A DNA stretch of 64,000 bases, from positions 62,001-126,000 of the forward strand of contig JAUCBJ010008528.1 in assembly GCA_032718475.1 (NCBI GenBank), read 5' to 3'. A program made the translations under genes and the position numbers. Origin of the DNA: Nemertoderma westbladi (taxonomy: Eukaryota; Animalia; Xenacoelomorpha). Below, one piece after another: positions 54,901 to 63,050 of the stretch (within the stretch, counting starts at the first letter, position 1; every line of letters starts with the position of its first letter). The notes beneath the pieces were generated by a model. It had not been told where the DNA came from and did no database searches. It worked only from the letters and a program-made list of their open reading frames with translations.

Positions 54901-55307
54901 GAAATGGCCGCTGCCGTCTCTATCAAACTGGGTGTCGAACAGGGTTTAATCTCCGTATACGGATCTAATGTCGTAACGGTCGGCGTAATGGGTCTCGGAG
55001 GTCGCTTTCCGCTGAAGTCGATACTGATCATCGGGTTGCTCATCGGGTAACCTCCCTCGTTGTATCTAAGGAACTGGTGAGCTGGACATCGCGTTAATAT
55101 CGGTTCTGGATGTTGCTCGTCTAGTCGGTCGGGAATCGCTACGTCTTGCTTATTCATGCATTCACCACACTTGTAGAAGAGCTTGTACACGCTGAAGACT
55201 TTCGGCGTCTCCTGATCCTCGCCTCGAGTCCTCCGGTACAGATGCATTCCGTCGAACTGATCTCGGATTGCAGGTAGAGGTTCTTCGTGTCGTAAATACA
55301 TATTCAT
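51906..55307 (-). CDS. extra retrotransposon ORF, 1133 aa, three CCHC zinc knuckles, function unknown
   Basis: Long intact ORF with CKLCGSTRHNLKSC, CRWCNETDHSFHTC and CGYCGVKGHRSARC. N-terminal CxxC...CxxH and basic GRGRGR/GRGRKRG tail. No signal peptide or transmembrane run visible. Confidence 0.85.
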   Translation of the reverse strand: MNMYLRHEEPLPAIRDQFDGMHLYRRTRGEDQETPKVFSVYKLFYKCGECMNKQDVAIPDRLDEQHPEPILTRCPAHQFLRYNEGGYPMSNPMISIDFSGKRPPRPITPTVTTLDPYTEIKPCSTPSLIETAAAISLYRAYKDLEARREAARDSGTKPAGLELSSPWTAFTSPHRARSLTPEHQDDIDALRQEERAVKAKELFENRIAEYNKTADRHQEETRRVTGFVPQVVSQPRPVYYSDGTEPAILVDHPESREAIRFLPMVRMADHWNVDCLREVLCVKFLRDVPMQITDYDTLDKIGAPGKESKLFGWLDKYIKVWVAVATFPDDEEVDQTWLRRKGSYTRYDDHKAIERMWTPSDEIQRQWRKTEESLQDWRVMFYDNEGGSHQECLTSKCIQIRAADGVTHVFMRVRADRERPEPIITTQYRKGKDPREQILEVCRRGGMHGAERIDARMLPKKVREAILNQDYVKVGSGVQSDLESDFNAMTDLEDRLPRPFVDTKLLLLWAQDIGIYREYPNSAKTGMGFIAHLLYNWDFKLKTQKKYEEAYGEYNTPPGAEFKSHFKRQALVYWNICAPPRASLQYYLVLESNTVTCLLADIVARVLKRHPLVFGGDQYVRSKGGIQSDVMKRFLTPFFNQSLENTSMVRRGLAIFQGVYRQNIGDLGDRPSMEYPTPEALEKWFGNQTRGFGTPFHSEADRPVKEGWPETLVEVFGVDLPVEKTYPKRTREEILEIEDKGEDVYFVPDRQPLTGEDDIVLDIGKERSAKPIGDLIYERAWFPQARRCKLCGSTRHNLKSCDAVVEAAHKVCRWCNETDHSFHTCTVFISQCGYCGVKGHRSARCQLRDDSFQNHSVNLLREMLDKWESVADYHIQAQMRWLPFKAGYGFWAVDPSHVAYEPYLQSLPQYQELILTAQDLPQNTGVIVVREYFRQLNMDNKYTWNFVAICDRIMKGVFTETRKVVRARGDWRMAAIQYRNEFLLTHVPVGSLTAERIREQRIAATTATTAGAQGSRKEPGGGVQDKRQVKDDHYHSIIEAQRLQRKVQGASEKARVQLHKEELAEATTGARQLGRGRGRSTSRESVGAQGTSSPVPGSDASRTPSTESTGGRLVYLGRGRKRGASPKNPGAGR

Positions 55308-56466
55308 ATGGTACAGTCGTGCGATCTCCTCATCCGGGTCTGCACTAATGTCACATAGTCCAAAGCGAAGTCGTAAGGATACCGCGTGCGATACTCTTTC
55401 CGCAAAACCTCCATCCGGTCCCCCAACGCTCTCATTCTTTCCCTCCGTAATTCCTTATCATAAGTCGGTTTATATTTTCCATTTAGCTCCATCACGGACC
55501 GCCCATGGTAGTAAACGTTAGAGTCTTTACATCCTGGTCGCGCGAATGGTAGCTCCGCCTCCTCTCTGGCAGTAAATCCTCTGCGCGGTTACGCTCTAAT
55601 ATCCTTCTCCATTATGCCTCGCGTATATACATATATATATCCCAATAAGTGCCGTTACGTAACCAATTACACTGTGGGTAAATCAGTTAGATGTCGCCGA
55701 AGGACAGACCTCCCGAACCCCCCCCCGCCTTCCAGCAGTTCAGGTTCGACTCTCTAGATCCCGTCTCTTCCTAACTAACTATCCTCTAACCTATTCCCAT
55801 GCATAGCGCAAAACTTTGGAGATAAACTGGCCGTGACCAACTCACTTTTTGATGCCCAAACTACTCCCATTACTCGTACTGAACTACAGTAGTTAGAAAG
55901 GACCATAGCCACAATACTCGACACAATACTCGACTATACCAAACCCACAGGTTTGATAATCGAACATCACACATCCTGCAAACTACTGAGTGGGGTCCAT
56001 GTACGCCTCTGGTGCTACTAACCTTTAGCACCTTAGTTGCACTGTTGGCACCAATCTGTGGAAGTTGCTAAACTCAATTTACACTCCTACGTAATATAGC
56101 CGTCACCATGGTTTCTAAATGCTATTTTCCAGGCTTCACGACTTTTCAAATTACTGTTTATCTATAGACGAATTCTAAAACACGTCTATACACAGCGTCT
56201 GGAATTGTCTTGGGTTCACTTTTCTAATTTTAAAAATTTTTTAATTTTCCCAAAATTTTAAAATAAAATTTTGTTTTGATACCCACCAGACAAAACTCAA
56301 CGCAAATCACCACAACCCCGCTCCTATGCATTTCCTTGTATCTGCATACGAGGAATGCATACGAAGTGAGTTGCGTCTAACACTAATTCTGTTTTGAGGC
56401 AGGAGACAAACTATAATCTCCCGTCTCGATACGTGTCTCCTCTAATAACACGATATCTTGGACCGG

Positions 56467-59400
56467 TCAGTCCAAGGTGTGTAAACCATTAGTTTTACAC
56501 TTCTTTGGGTGTGGACACTTGCACCTAATTTTCACAGTGACTGTGCGCACTATGTTTTGCAAATCTGGGTGTGTGTGCAAGATCACTCCCGTCTCCCAAT
56601 ACTTTCTCTTGACAATCGGTTCGGTTATCAATACGTAATCTCCCCTTTGGAGACTCCGAACCGTTTTGTACCACTTTGTTCTGGTAGATATGGTGGGAAG
56701 ATAGTATTCCCGCCAATATTCCCAGAATGTGTACGCCACAAATTGTGTCACCTTCCACCTTTTATGACTATATAGGTCGGCACTAACGGGTTCTGATGCC
56801 GGCACAAGAAATGCTGGACTCTGCATTAGCAAATGATTTGGCGTTAATGCAACACCGTCTGGCAACATAGCTATCGGCCTCGAGTTTAGGGTATGCTCGA
56901 TTTCAATGAAAGCTGTGACCAGTTCGTCGTCGGTAAGTTGTTTGTTCACAGGCAATGTTTTAGCAATGGCCTGTTTTACAGAGCGAACTAAACGCTCCCA
57001 ACTTCCTCCTCTCCAAGGACTTTCTGGAGTATTGAATCTCCATTCTACTCTTTGCGGCAAAAGTGCTGCAGAAATTTCCTTATTCTGTGCCGCTTTATGA
57101 GCCGCGTTCAACTCGCTATTCCCTCCGACAAAGTTTGTACCCTTATCGGAGTAGAACGCCTTTACTAGTCCTCTCCTGGCCATAAATCTCTTTAAGGCCA
57201 GGAGCAGAGATTTGGTCGACATGTCTGCCACACGCTCGATATGTATGGCTCTACTAGCCATGCATGTCAGTAGCAGACCCCATCGCTTGTGGGTCAGCCG
57301 TCCACTCTTTGCCTCAATCGGACCAAAACAATCCACCCCTGTGTTCGTAAAGGGTGGGTCATATGCCTGCACTCTCGCTTCCGGGAGTTCAGCCATCTCC
57401 TGTTCCAATACTCTGGCGTTCACCCTCTTGCAAACCAGACAGGCGTCATACATAGTGCCGACTGCCCTGCTTGGCTGCAATAGAATGAATCGCTGTCTCG
57501 CTGCCGACAAACAGTGTAACTTTCCCGCGTGATGTAACCTCTTGTGTATATCCCATAGAATCGCTCTTTGCAATTCTATTGGGTGACTAGGGATTATCAC
57601 TGGGAACCGAAACTGCGAGTTTATGTCGACAGTCTGGATTCTCGATCTATGACAAATCAAACCCTTATGGATTAATGGACTCCATTTTCTAAGGGGTTTA
57701 TAGAGAACTGGTCGTTGAGCCGATAATAGATGGAATTCTTTCGGGAAGGCACACATTTGATAATGCTTCAAATGCTTTAATTCCGCTTGATCAATCTCAT
57801 CCTCTGTCAGAGGTTGTTTCAATTTCCGAATTCGCTCTCTATTGGTGCTCAATGGTTCTCTCAAATGTTCCGAATGTTTTAAACAAAGGTACGAAACGTA
57901 TCGGCTTAACCACGCAGTTCTTTTACAAATTGTCAGCCAAGAGGCAGACGAATTTAGTAATTTGTCATAAACACTGCATGACTCTAATGCCAGCGACGGT
58001 TGTCCGCTAACCAATGGAAGTTTCGAATCCAAACCCGCAGGTTCGGAAACCAAAGGCTCCATTGTGTCGGTCATTTTCTGTCCGTCACTTACCAATTGTG
58101 ACTGTCGTCTAGTCTGTAAGGGTGGTTTTATGTCGTAACTTACCCTTCCTGACCTAGTAGTCACGTAAGTCTGTTGGTCTGACAGGTCTCCGGGCCGCTC
58201 CAATGACTCTTCAGGCCGCTCCAATGACTCTTCAGGCCGCTCCAATGACTTAAGTTTGGCTTTAGACTTTGACTTAGAGACTTTCTCCACTTTGACTTCT
58301 GCATCTTCAGGCATCGGATTGGTCACTATCTTTAGTCGCTCTGGCCAATGTTCCTGTGTCCTCGTTAGAAAATCAGGTCCATGCAACCAAAACTCCTGCG
58401 ACTCTTCCTGACAGAATTCCGCCGGCATTGCACCTCTCGAAGTTATGTCGGCCGGGTTCAACACTCCCGGACAATGTCTCCATTGTTCCTTCGTCGAAAG
58501 GTCGACGATCTGAGCGCGTCTATTGCCCACAAATGTCTTTAGTGCAATATTGTCGGCCGCAATGTATACTAACACCAAGGATGCGTCCGCCCAATAGAAT
58601 AAGGTCAATGTCGTGTCTAACTCCTCAATTATCTGCTTACTTACCTCGACTGAAACTACAGCCGCCTGTAACTCTGCACGAGGGACAGTCATGTATTTGA
58701 CCGGCATTGTCTTTGATCTAGAAGTCACAAAGGCCGTCTCAAATTTGTCCTGACTTACCTCTCGGCGAAGGTAGGCTACCATACCAAAGCCGGTGTCACT
58801 TGCGTCACTAAATAGGTGGAGTTCGAGATCAGCTGGGAATACCAGCTGATTCGGAAAGTAGGAACGGGGTACATCTATATTTTTCAATAGATGCAACTCG
58901 GCTTCCCACTCCCTCCACTGCTTTGCATGTATAGGAGATATTGGTTCGTCCCACTCTATGTCGGACAACCAAATTTTTCTCATGCACGCTCGTGCCTGTA
59001 ATATAACCGGACTGATAAAGTTCATCGGGTCAAATAGTCTACTTAAAGTCGATAAGCAAATTCTCTTAGTCAAAACTTTGTCTGGGCTACTGGGCTCAAA
59101 TCTAACTCTTACCTGGAACTTATCTGAGTTCGGGTTCCAAGCGAGTCCCAGTACTCGCGCCATGGGGATTGGTTCTACTCCCAATTCAATGTCTCCGCTC
59201 CCGCGATCTTTTACCGGGAACGATTCTAATAGGGCCTCCGAATTTGTAGTGAACTTGGTCAGAGGAAATCCCCCTGTAGCCAAGCACTCTTGCAGGCCGT
59301 GAGCCACTTCTATGGCTTGTTCCGCTGTGTCCTTGGACACCAATCCGTCGTCCATGTAGAAGTTTCTCAATATAGACTCAATTACCTCTACTGGATACTT

Positions 59401-60216
59401 ACCAATCTGGGCTGTTGCCGTTTTCTTTAGAACAAACAGCGTGCCGTTTGGACTATCGCGGGCGCCAAATATCCTAACGTACATCTGATATGTAACCACT
59501 GGGCCGGATAAGTCTTCATTCTCAAACCAGAGAAATCGAAGGCTATCCTGGTCTGCCTTACAGGCTCTTACCTGGTGGAACATCGCCTCGATGTCACAAG
59601 TAAATGCGAATCGCCGCTGTCTAAAACGCAACAGTATTCCAATCAAATAATTATTCAGGTTGGGACCATCCATCAACTCTGAATTCAGGGACATACCTCT
59701 ATAGACTGCTGCGCAGTCATTGACTACTCGGACTTTGTCTGGTTTGTCAGGGTGAGTCACATAGTGGTGTGGAAGGTAATAAGTCTGGTCTGTCACTAAG
59801 TCAGGGTCCTCTACCTTCCCAGCAAATCCCTTGGCGAAATAGTTGTTGATCTGGGCGCAATACTTCTCCCTAATGCCTGGATTCTTCAACAACCGAGCCC
59901 TTACTCCGTTTAATCTTTTCAAGGCTAAGTTATAGTTGTTCTCCAACTTAGGTGGTTGTCGACGCCACAACATTCCAACTTCAAAATGTCCAGTCGGTAG
60001 TAGACGTATGGTATCTTCCATCATCTCCAGCGACCGTTTCTCATCAGTAGACATGGCTAGGTCATATCCACCGGGTTCCATTGCGTCCCTATCCAGCCAT
60101 TCGACGGTTCTGGCTCCTGTCTCGAGGTCCTGGCGTATCAATTCCTTCTGTAATTCCTCCTCACTGTATTGGAAAATGTCGAGGTCTCGATATTTAGCCA
60201 CTTGACCCTCCACCAT
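56467..60216 (-). CDS. pol: BEL/Pao pol (RT, RNase H, integrase), 3' segment after the LINE insertion
   Basis: YYLPHH, KVRVVND, DIEAMFHQV, NFYMDD (RT); LHLFSDAS, VPRAEL, NPADITSRG (RNase H); H..H...CLVC, GVDCFGP, SDKGTNFVG, GGSWERLV (integrase). The stop TGA replaces the expected Arg before PVQDIVLL. Confidence 0.96.
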   Translation of the reverse strand: MVEGQVAKYRDLDIFQYSEEELQKELIRQDLETGARTVEWLDRDAMEPGGYDLAMSTDEKRSLEMMEDTIRLLPTGHFEVGMLWRRQPPKLENNYNLALKRLNGVRARLLKNPGIREKYCAQINNYFAKGFAGKVEDPDLVTDQTYYLPHHYVTHPDKPDKVRVVNDCAAVYRGMSLNSELMDGPNLNNYLIGILLRFRQRRFAFTCDIEAMFHQVRACKADQDSLRFLWFENEDLSGPVVTYQMYVRIFGARDSPNGTLFVLKKTATAQIGKYPVEVIESILRNFYMDDGLVSKDTAEQAIEVAHGLQECLATGGFPLTKFTTNSEALLESFPVKDRGSGDIELGVEPIPMARVLGLAWNPNSDKFQVRVRFEPSSPDKVLTKRICLSTLSRLFDPMNFISPVILQARACMRKIWLSDIEWDEPISPIHAKQWREWEAELHLLKNIDVPRSYFPNQLVFPADLELHLFSDASDTGFGMVAYLRREVSQDKFETAFVTSRSKTMPVKYMTVPRAELQAAVVSVEVSKQIIEELDTTLTLFYWADASLVLVYIAADNIALKTFVGNRRAQIVDLSTKEQWRHCPGVLNPADITSRGAMPAEFCQEESQEFWLHGPDFLTRTQEHWPERLKIVTNPMPEDAEVKVEKVSKSKSKAKLKSLERPEESLERPEESLERPGDLSDQQTYVTTRSGRVSYDIKPPLQTRRQSQLVSDGQKMTDTMEPLVSEPAGLDSKLPLVSGQPSLALESCSVYDKLLNSSASWLTICKRTAWLSRYVSYLCLKHSEHLREPLSTNRERIRKLKQPLTEDEIDQAELKHLKHYQMCAFPKEFHLLSAQRPVLYKPLRKWSPLIHKGLICHRSRIQTVDINSQFRFPVIIPSHPIELQRAILWDIHKRLHHAGKLHCLSAARQRFILLQPSRAVGTMYDACLVCKRVNARVLEQEMAELPEARVQAYDPPFTNTGVDCFGPIEAKSGRLTHKRWGLLLTCMASRAIHIERVADMSTKSLLLALKRFMARRGLVKAFYSDKGTNFVGGNSELNAAHKAAQNKEISAALLPQRVEWRFNTPESPWRGGSWERLVRSVKQAIAKTLPVNKQLTDDELVTAFIEIEHTLNSRPIAMLPDGVALTPNHLLMQSPAFLVPASEPVSADLYSHKRWKVTQFVAYTFWEYWREYYLPTISTRTKWYKTVRSLQRGDYVLITEPIVKRKYWETGVILHTHPDLQNIVRTVTVKIRCKCPHPKKCKTNGLHTLD

Positions 60217-62000
60217 GGAAATCGATCAATCTGCTTACTGGGCGGAAAAGCCAACCAACCACCAAGGTTAAGGCTGAATCACCAGCCGATCGCCTCAATG
60301 GTTGGAAAGCCCACTTTGAAAAGCTCCTCAATAATGACAGGGTATTGCCTGATAACTTTATAGAAGTAAAAGTGTCTGAGTCTGTACTCCCAGATATTCC
60401 CATTGGCGATATCTCCTTTGCAGAAGTGAAGGCTGCTGCAAAGAGCATTAAGACCAATCGTGCCAGTGGAGTAGATGGTGTTCCCCCTGAGGTCTTTAAA
60501 ATACCTGAGTGTTTAAAGCTCATCTATCCCATCATAGTAGACATGTACCGTACAACAAGAGTCCCACAAGAAATGAAAACAAATAAGTTGGTGCCAGTCC
60601 CCAAGAAGGGCAACCTAACACTCTATGGTTCTTTTCGGGGAATCTCATTGATCTCGATTGCTGCAAAACTATACAATAGAATTCTATTAAATCGCATCAG
60701 GGATCCCATAGAGAGACTGCTACGTGGAAATCAGAATGGGTTCCGTAAAGGTCGTGGGACCATGGAGCCCATTTTGGCACTTAGAAGGATAATTGAAGAG
60801 TTATCAAAAAAGAAAGACAGGCATCTGGCTGTTATCTTTGTTGACTTCTTCAAGGCCTTTGATTCAGTCTCTCGCTCACGTATGTTCAGCATACTTTCAT
60901 TATATGGGATTCCTGATGAAATTATTGCAGCAATCAGATCAGTATACGATGGTTCGACAACATTTGTGTCTACTGTTGACGGTGACACAGAACCATTTGA
61001 AGTGTTATGGGGCGTACTCCAAGGAGACACACTTGCACCATTCTTGTTCATTATTGTGGTTGACTATGTTCTACGCATGTCCTTAGATCATCATAATGAT
61101 GATGGGGTGATGATAACTCCACCTACTGGCTCCAGAAGTCGAGGAAATCCTGCCAAGTACCTAACTGATCTAGACTTTGCTGATGACTTAGGAGTACTCT
61201 CAGAATCATTAGAGGGAGCCCAGCGGCTCCTCAGCTCATTAGAACATGCTGCTTCTAGTGTTGGTCTTTTTATTAACTCCAGAAAGACCAAAATTCTGAC
61301 AGTTAACTTTGAAAGTCCTCAGCAAGTCTCTGATCGGATGAGCATAAGCTCAAAGGATGGTATGCTTGAGCATGTGGACGACTTCTGTTACCTGGGATCA
61401 TGGATCCGGAAGTCAGGTGAGGACCTTCGAATACGTAAGGGAAAGGCATGGGCAGCCTTGAATAGGCTTTCCAGGATTTGGAAGTCACCTAGAATTAATC
61501 GGAAACTTAAGGTCCGATTATTTAGAGCAGCAGTAGTTCCAGTACTCCTCTACAGGAGTCCATGCTGGGCTCTAACTGCTGAGGACACCAAATCTCTGGA
61601 TGGCACATTCACAAGAATGCTACGCCGGGTACATTGTGTCAAGTACAATGCACACATCTCCAACCAGACACTATATAACATTGGAGGTGTCTCATTGGTT
61701 CCCCCAAGCTTGACACTAGAACAAAATTGCCTCCGCTTTGCAGGACATTGCTTTCGCCGTGAGGACCAGCCAGTGCATAATCTTGTACTTTGGCAGCCTC
61801 ATGGAGTGAATAAGCATGGTGGACAGCCCATGACTTTCTTGAGACGCATCTTAAAGGACACTGGCCTTAAAGATGCGGATGATCTAGCAAATGTCATGGG
61901 TGATAGGGAGTTGTGGCGGTGCAATTTTGTTGACAAGCCGGCACAGCATTCTTAAAAATGCAGCTGCAATGCAGCATGCCAATCCTAGTAGTAGTAGTAG
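60217..62000 (+). mobile_element. 5'-truncated RTE-like LINE inserted in the BEL polyprotein
   Basis: RT reading frame open from ~60216 (WKSINLLTGRK...) and a (TAG)n tail at 61986-62000. It interrupts the BEL reading frame. Confidence 0.93.
60345..61955 (+). CDS. non-LTR reverse transcriptase (RTE-like), endonuclease missing
   Basis: SGVDGVP, PVPKKG, FRGISL, NQNGFRKGR, FVDFFKAFDSV, GVLQGDTLAPFLF, DFADD, YLGS, RFAGHCFR. Confidence 0.95.
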   Translation: MPDNFIEVKVSESVLPDIPIGDISFAEVKAAAKSIKTNRASGVDGVPPEVFKIPECLKLIYPIIVDMYRTTRVPQEMKTNKLVPVPKKGNLTLYGSFRGISLISIAAKLYNRILLNRIRDPIERLLRGNQNGFRKGRGTMEPILALRRIIEELSKKKDRHLAVIFVDFFKAFDSVSRSRMFSILSLYGIPDEIIAAIRSVYDGSTTFVSTVDGDTEPFEVLWGVLQGDTLAPFLFIIVVDYVLRMSLDHHNDDGVMITPPTGSRSRGNPAKYLTDLDFADDLGVLSESLEGAQRLLSSLEHAASSVGLFINSRKTKILTVNFESPQQVSDRMSISSKDGMLEHVDDFCYLGSWIRKSGEDLRIRKGKAWAALNRLSRIWKSPRINRKLKVRLFRAAVVPVLLYRSPCWALTAEDTKSLDGTFTRMLRRVHCVKYNAHISNQTLYNIGGVSLVPPSLTLEQNCLRFAGHCFRREDQPVHNLVLWQPHGVNKHGGQPMTFLRRILKDTGLKDADDLANVMGDRELWRCNFVDKPAQHS

Positions 62001-62001
62001 T

Positions 62002-63050
62002 AATGTCGGTATAAGTCAAAACGTTACTCAGATAAGTAGCGTGGGCCGCTGAACCAGACCCACGGGTCTGATAACAGTAGTCCTCGGGTTCACTATCTGT
62101 CCGGTCGTTGTGAAGTGGTTCCGACAACCTAACATTATCGGGAATCAACTCCTCGTCCGACTCGCTAAAGTCACTATAGTGGTCAATACAGGTTCTCCTA
62201 AACTCGTCTATGTCTGGTGGTTCTACTAACGGTGGTTGAATTATAGGCTGTAATTCATCATATCTGTTCATTGGCTTGTCGCCACCTGTAAACTCATAAG
62301 ACATGGGTACTCTTGTATACCAACCTAGTATGGTCCTATGGGCATGTGGTCCATTGACATGCGGTTCAGCTGGTCTCGTTTCCCATATTTGGTGTGCGAT
62401 CAGCTGTTCTGCACCAATCAACATAGAAACATTCCTATAACCTACCTGGTGTCTGGGTATCCTGAGCTTGTCAAAATACTCCTGTGCTATGGGACTCATC
62501 GGTGGCACCTTACCTAACTGCCTGCCGAATCCCTTCATAGCTAGACACTTAAATCCGTCCAATGGCAAAGCTTTCCGTTCTTGTCGAGTGTGTTGGTCTC
62601 TCGGAAGTAGGGAATCTAGTTCTACCGAAATTCTGTGTCCCTTGAGGTCTCCTACCCCATGCATAGACTTCAACTCTATTTGGATCTCCTCGGCGTCCTG
62701 GAAGCTAGAAACGGCTCTCGCCACTTCCTCGTCGATATACGATAATGTGGACGCAGTGTCCAACATCACATATATTCGCTTCGATCCCTTATCGCCAGTA
62801 AGTTTCACCGGAATCACGCTAAATATTTCCGACGTGGCCGATGATAAATACGTCCGCGCGCTGGTCGATGAACTATCCGCGGTGAAACCTTGGCAGGTTA
62901 CTTCTCTCGCGCTCGACTCGCCATCCTCATCCGACGAACCTGGTTGGTAACCATCGTCCTGGATGCCAGTGTACGTATTCCTCCTTATCGATACGGGTTC
63001 TTTGCTCCCCTTCCTGTGAGGATTTCGCTGTAAGTAACGGTCCGTTGGGG
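62002..63050 (-). CDS. BEL/Pao aspartic protease region
   Basis: VIPVKL...IYVMLDTASTLSYI (active-site DTA), MLIGAE, TILGW. It reads in frame into 60216 once the LINE is removed. The 5' limit is approximate because of a frameshift. Confidence 0.88.

Noticed and set aside
51906-55307. Env glycoprotein call for the extra ORF
   Set aside because: No signal peptide or transmembrane segment visible; it has nucleic-acid-binding knuckles instead.
51830-56124. 13-mer TTTCTAAATGCTA downstream of both pol and the extra ORF
   Set aside because: One AT-rich 13-bp match in ~15 kb is expected by chance.
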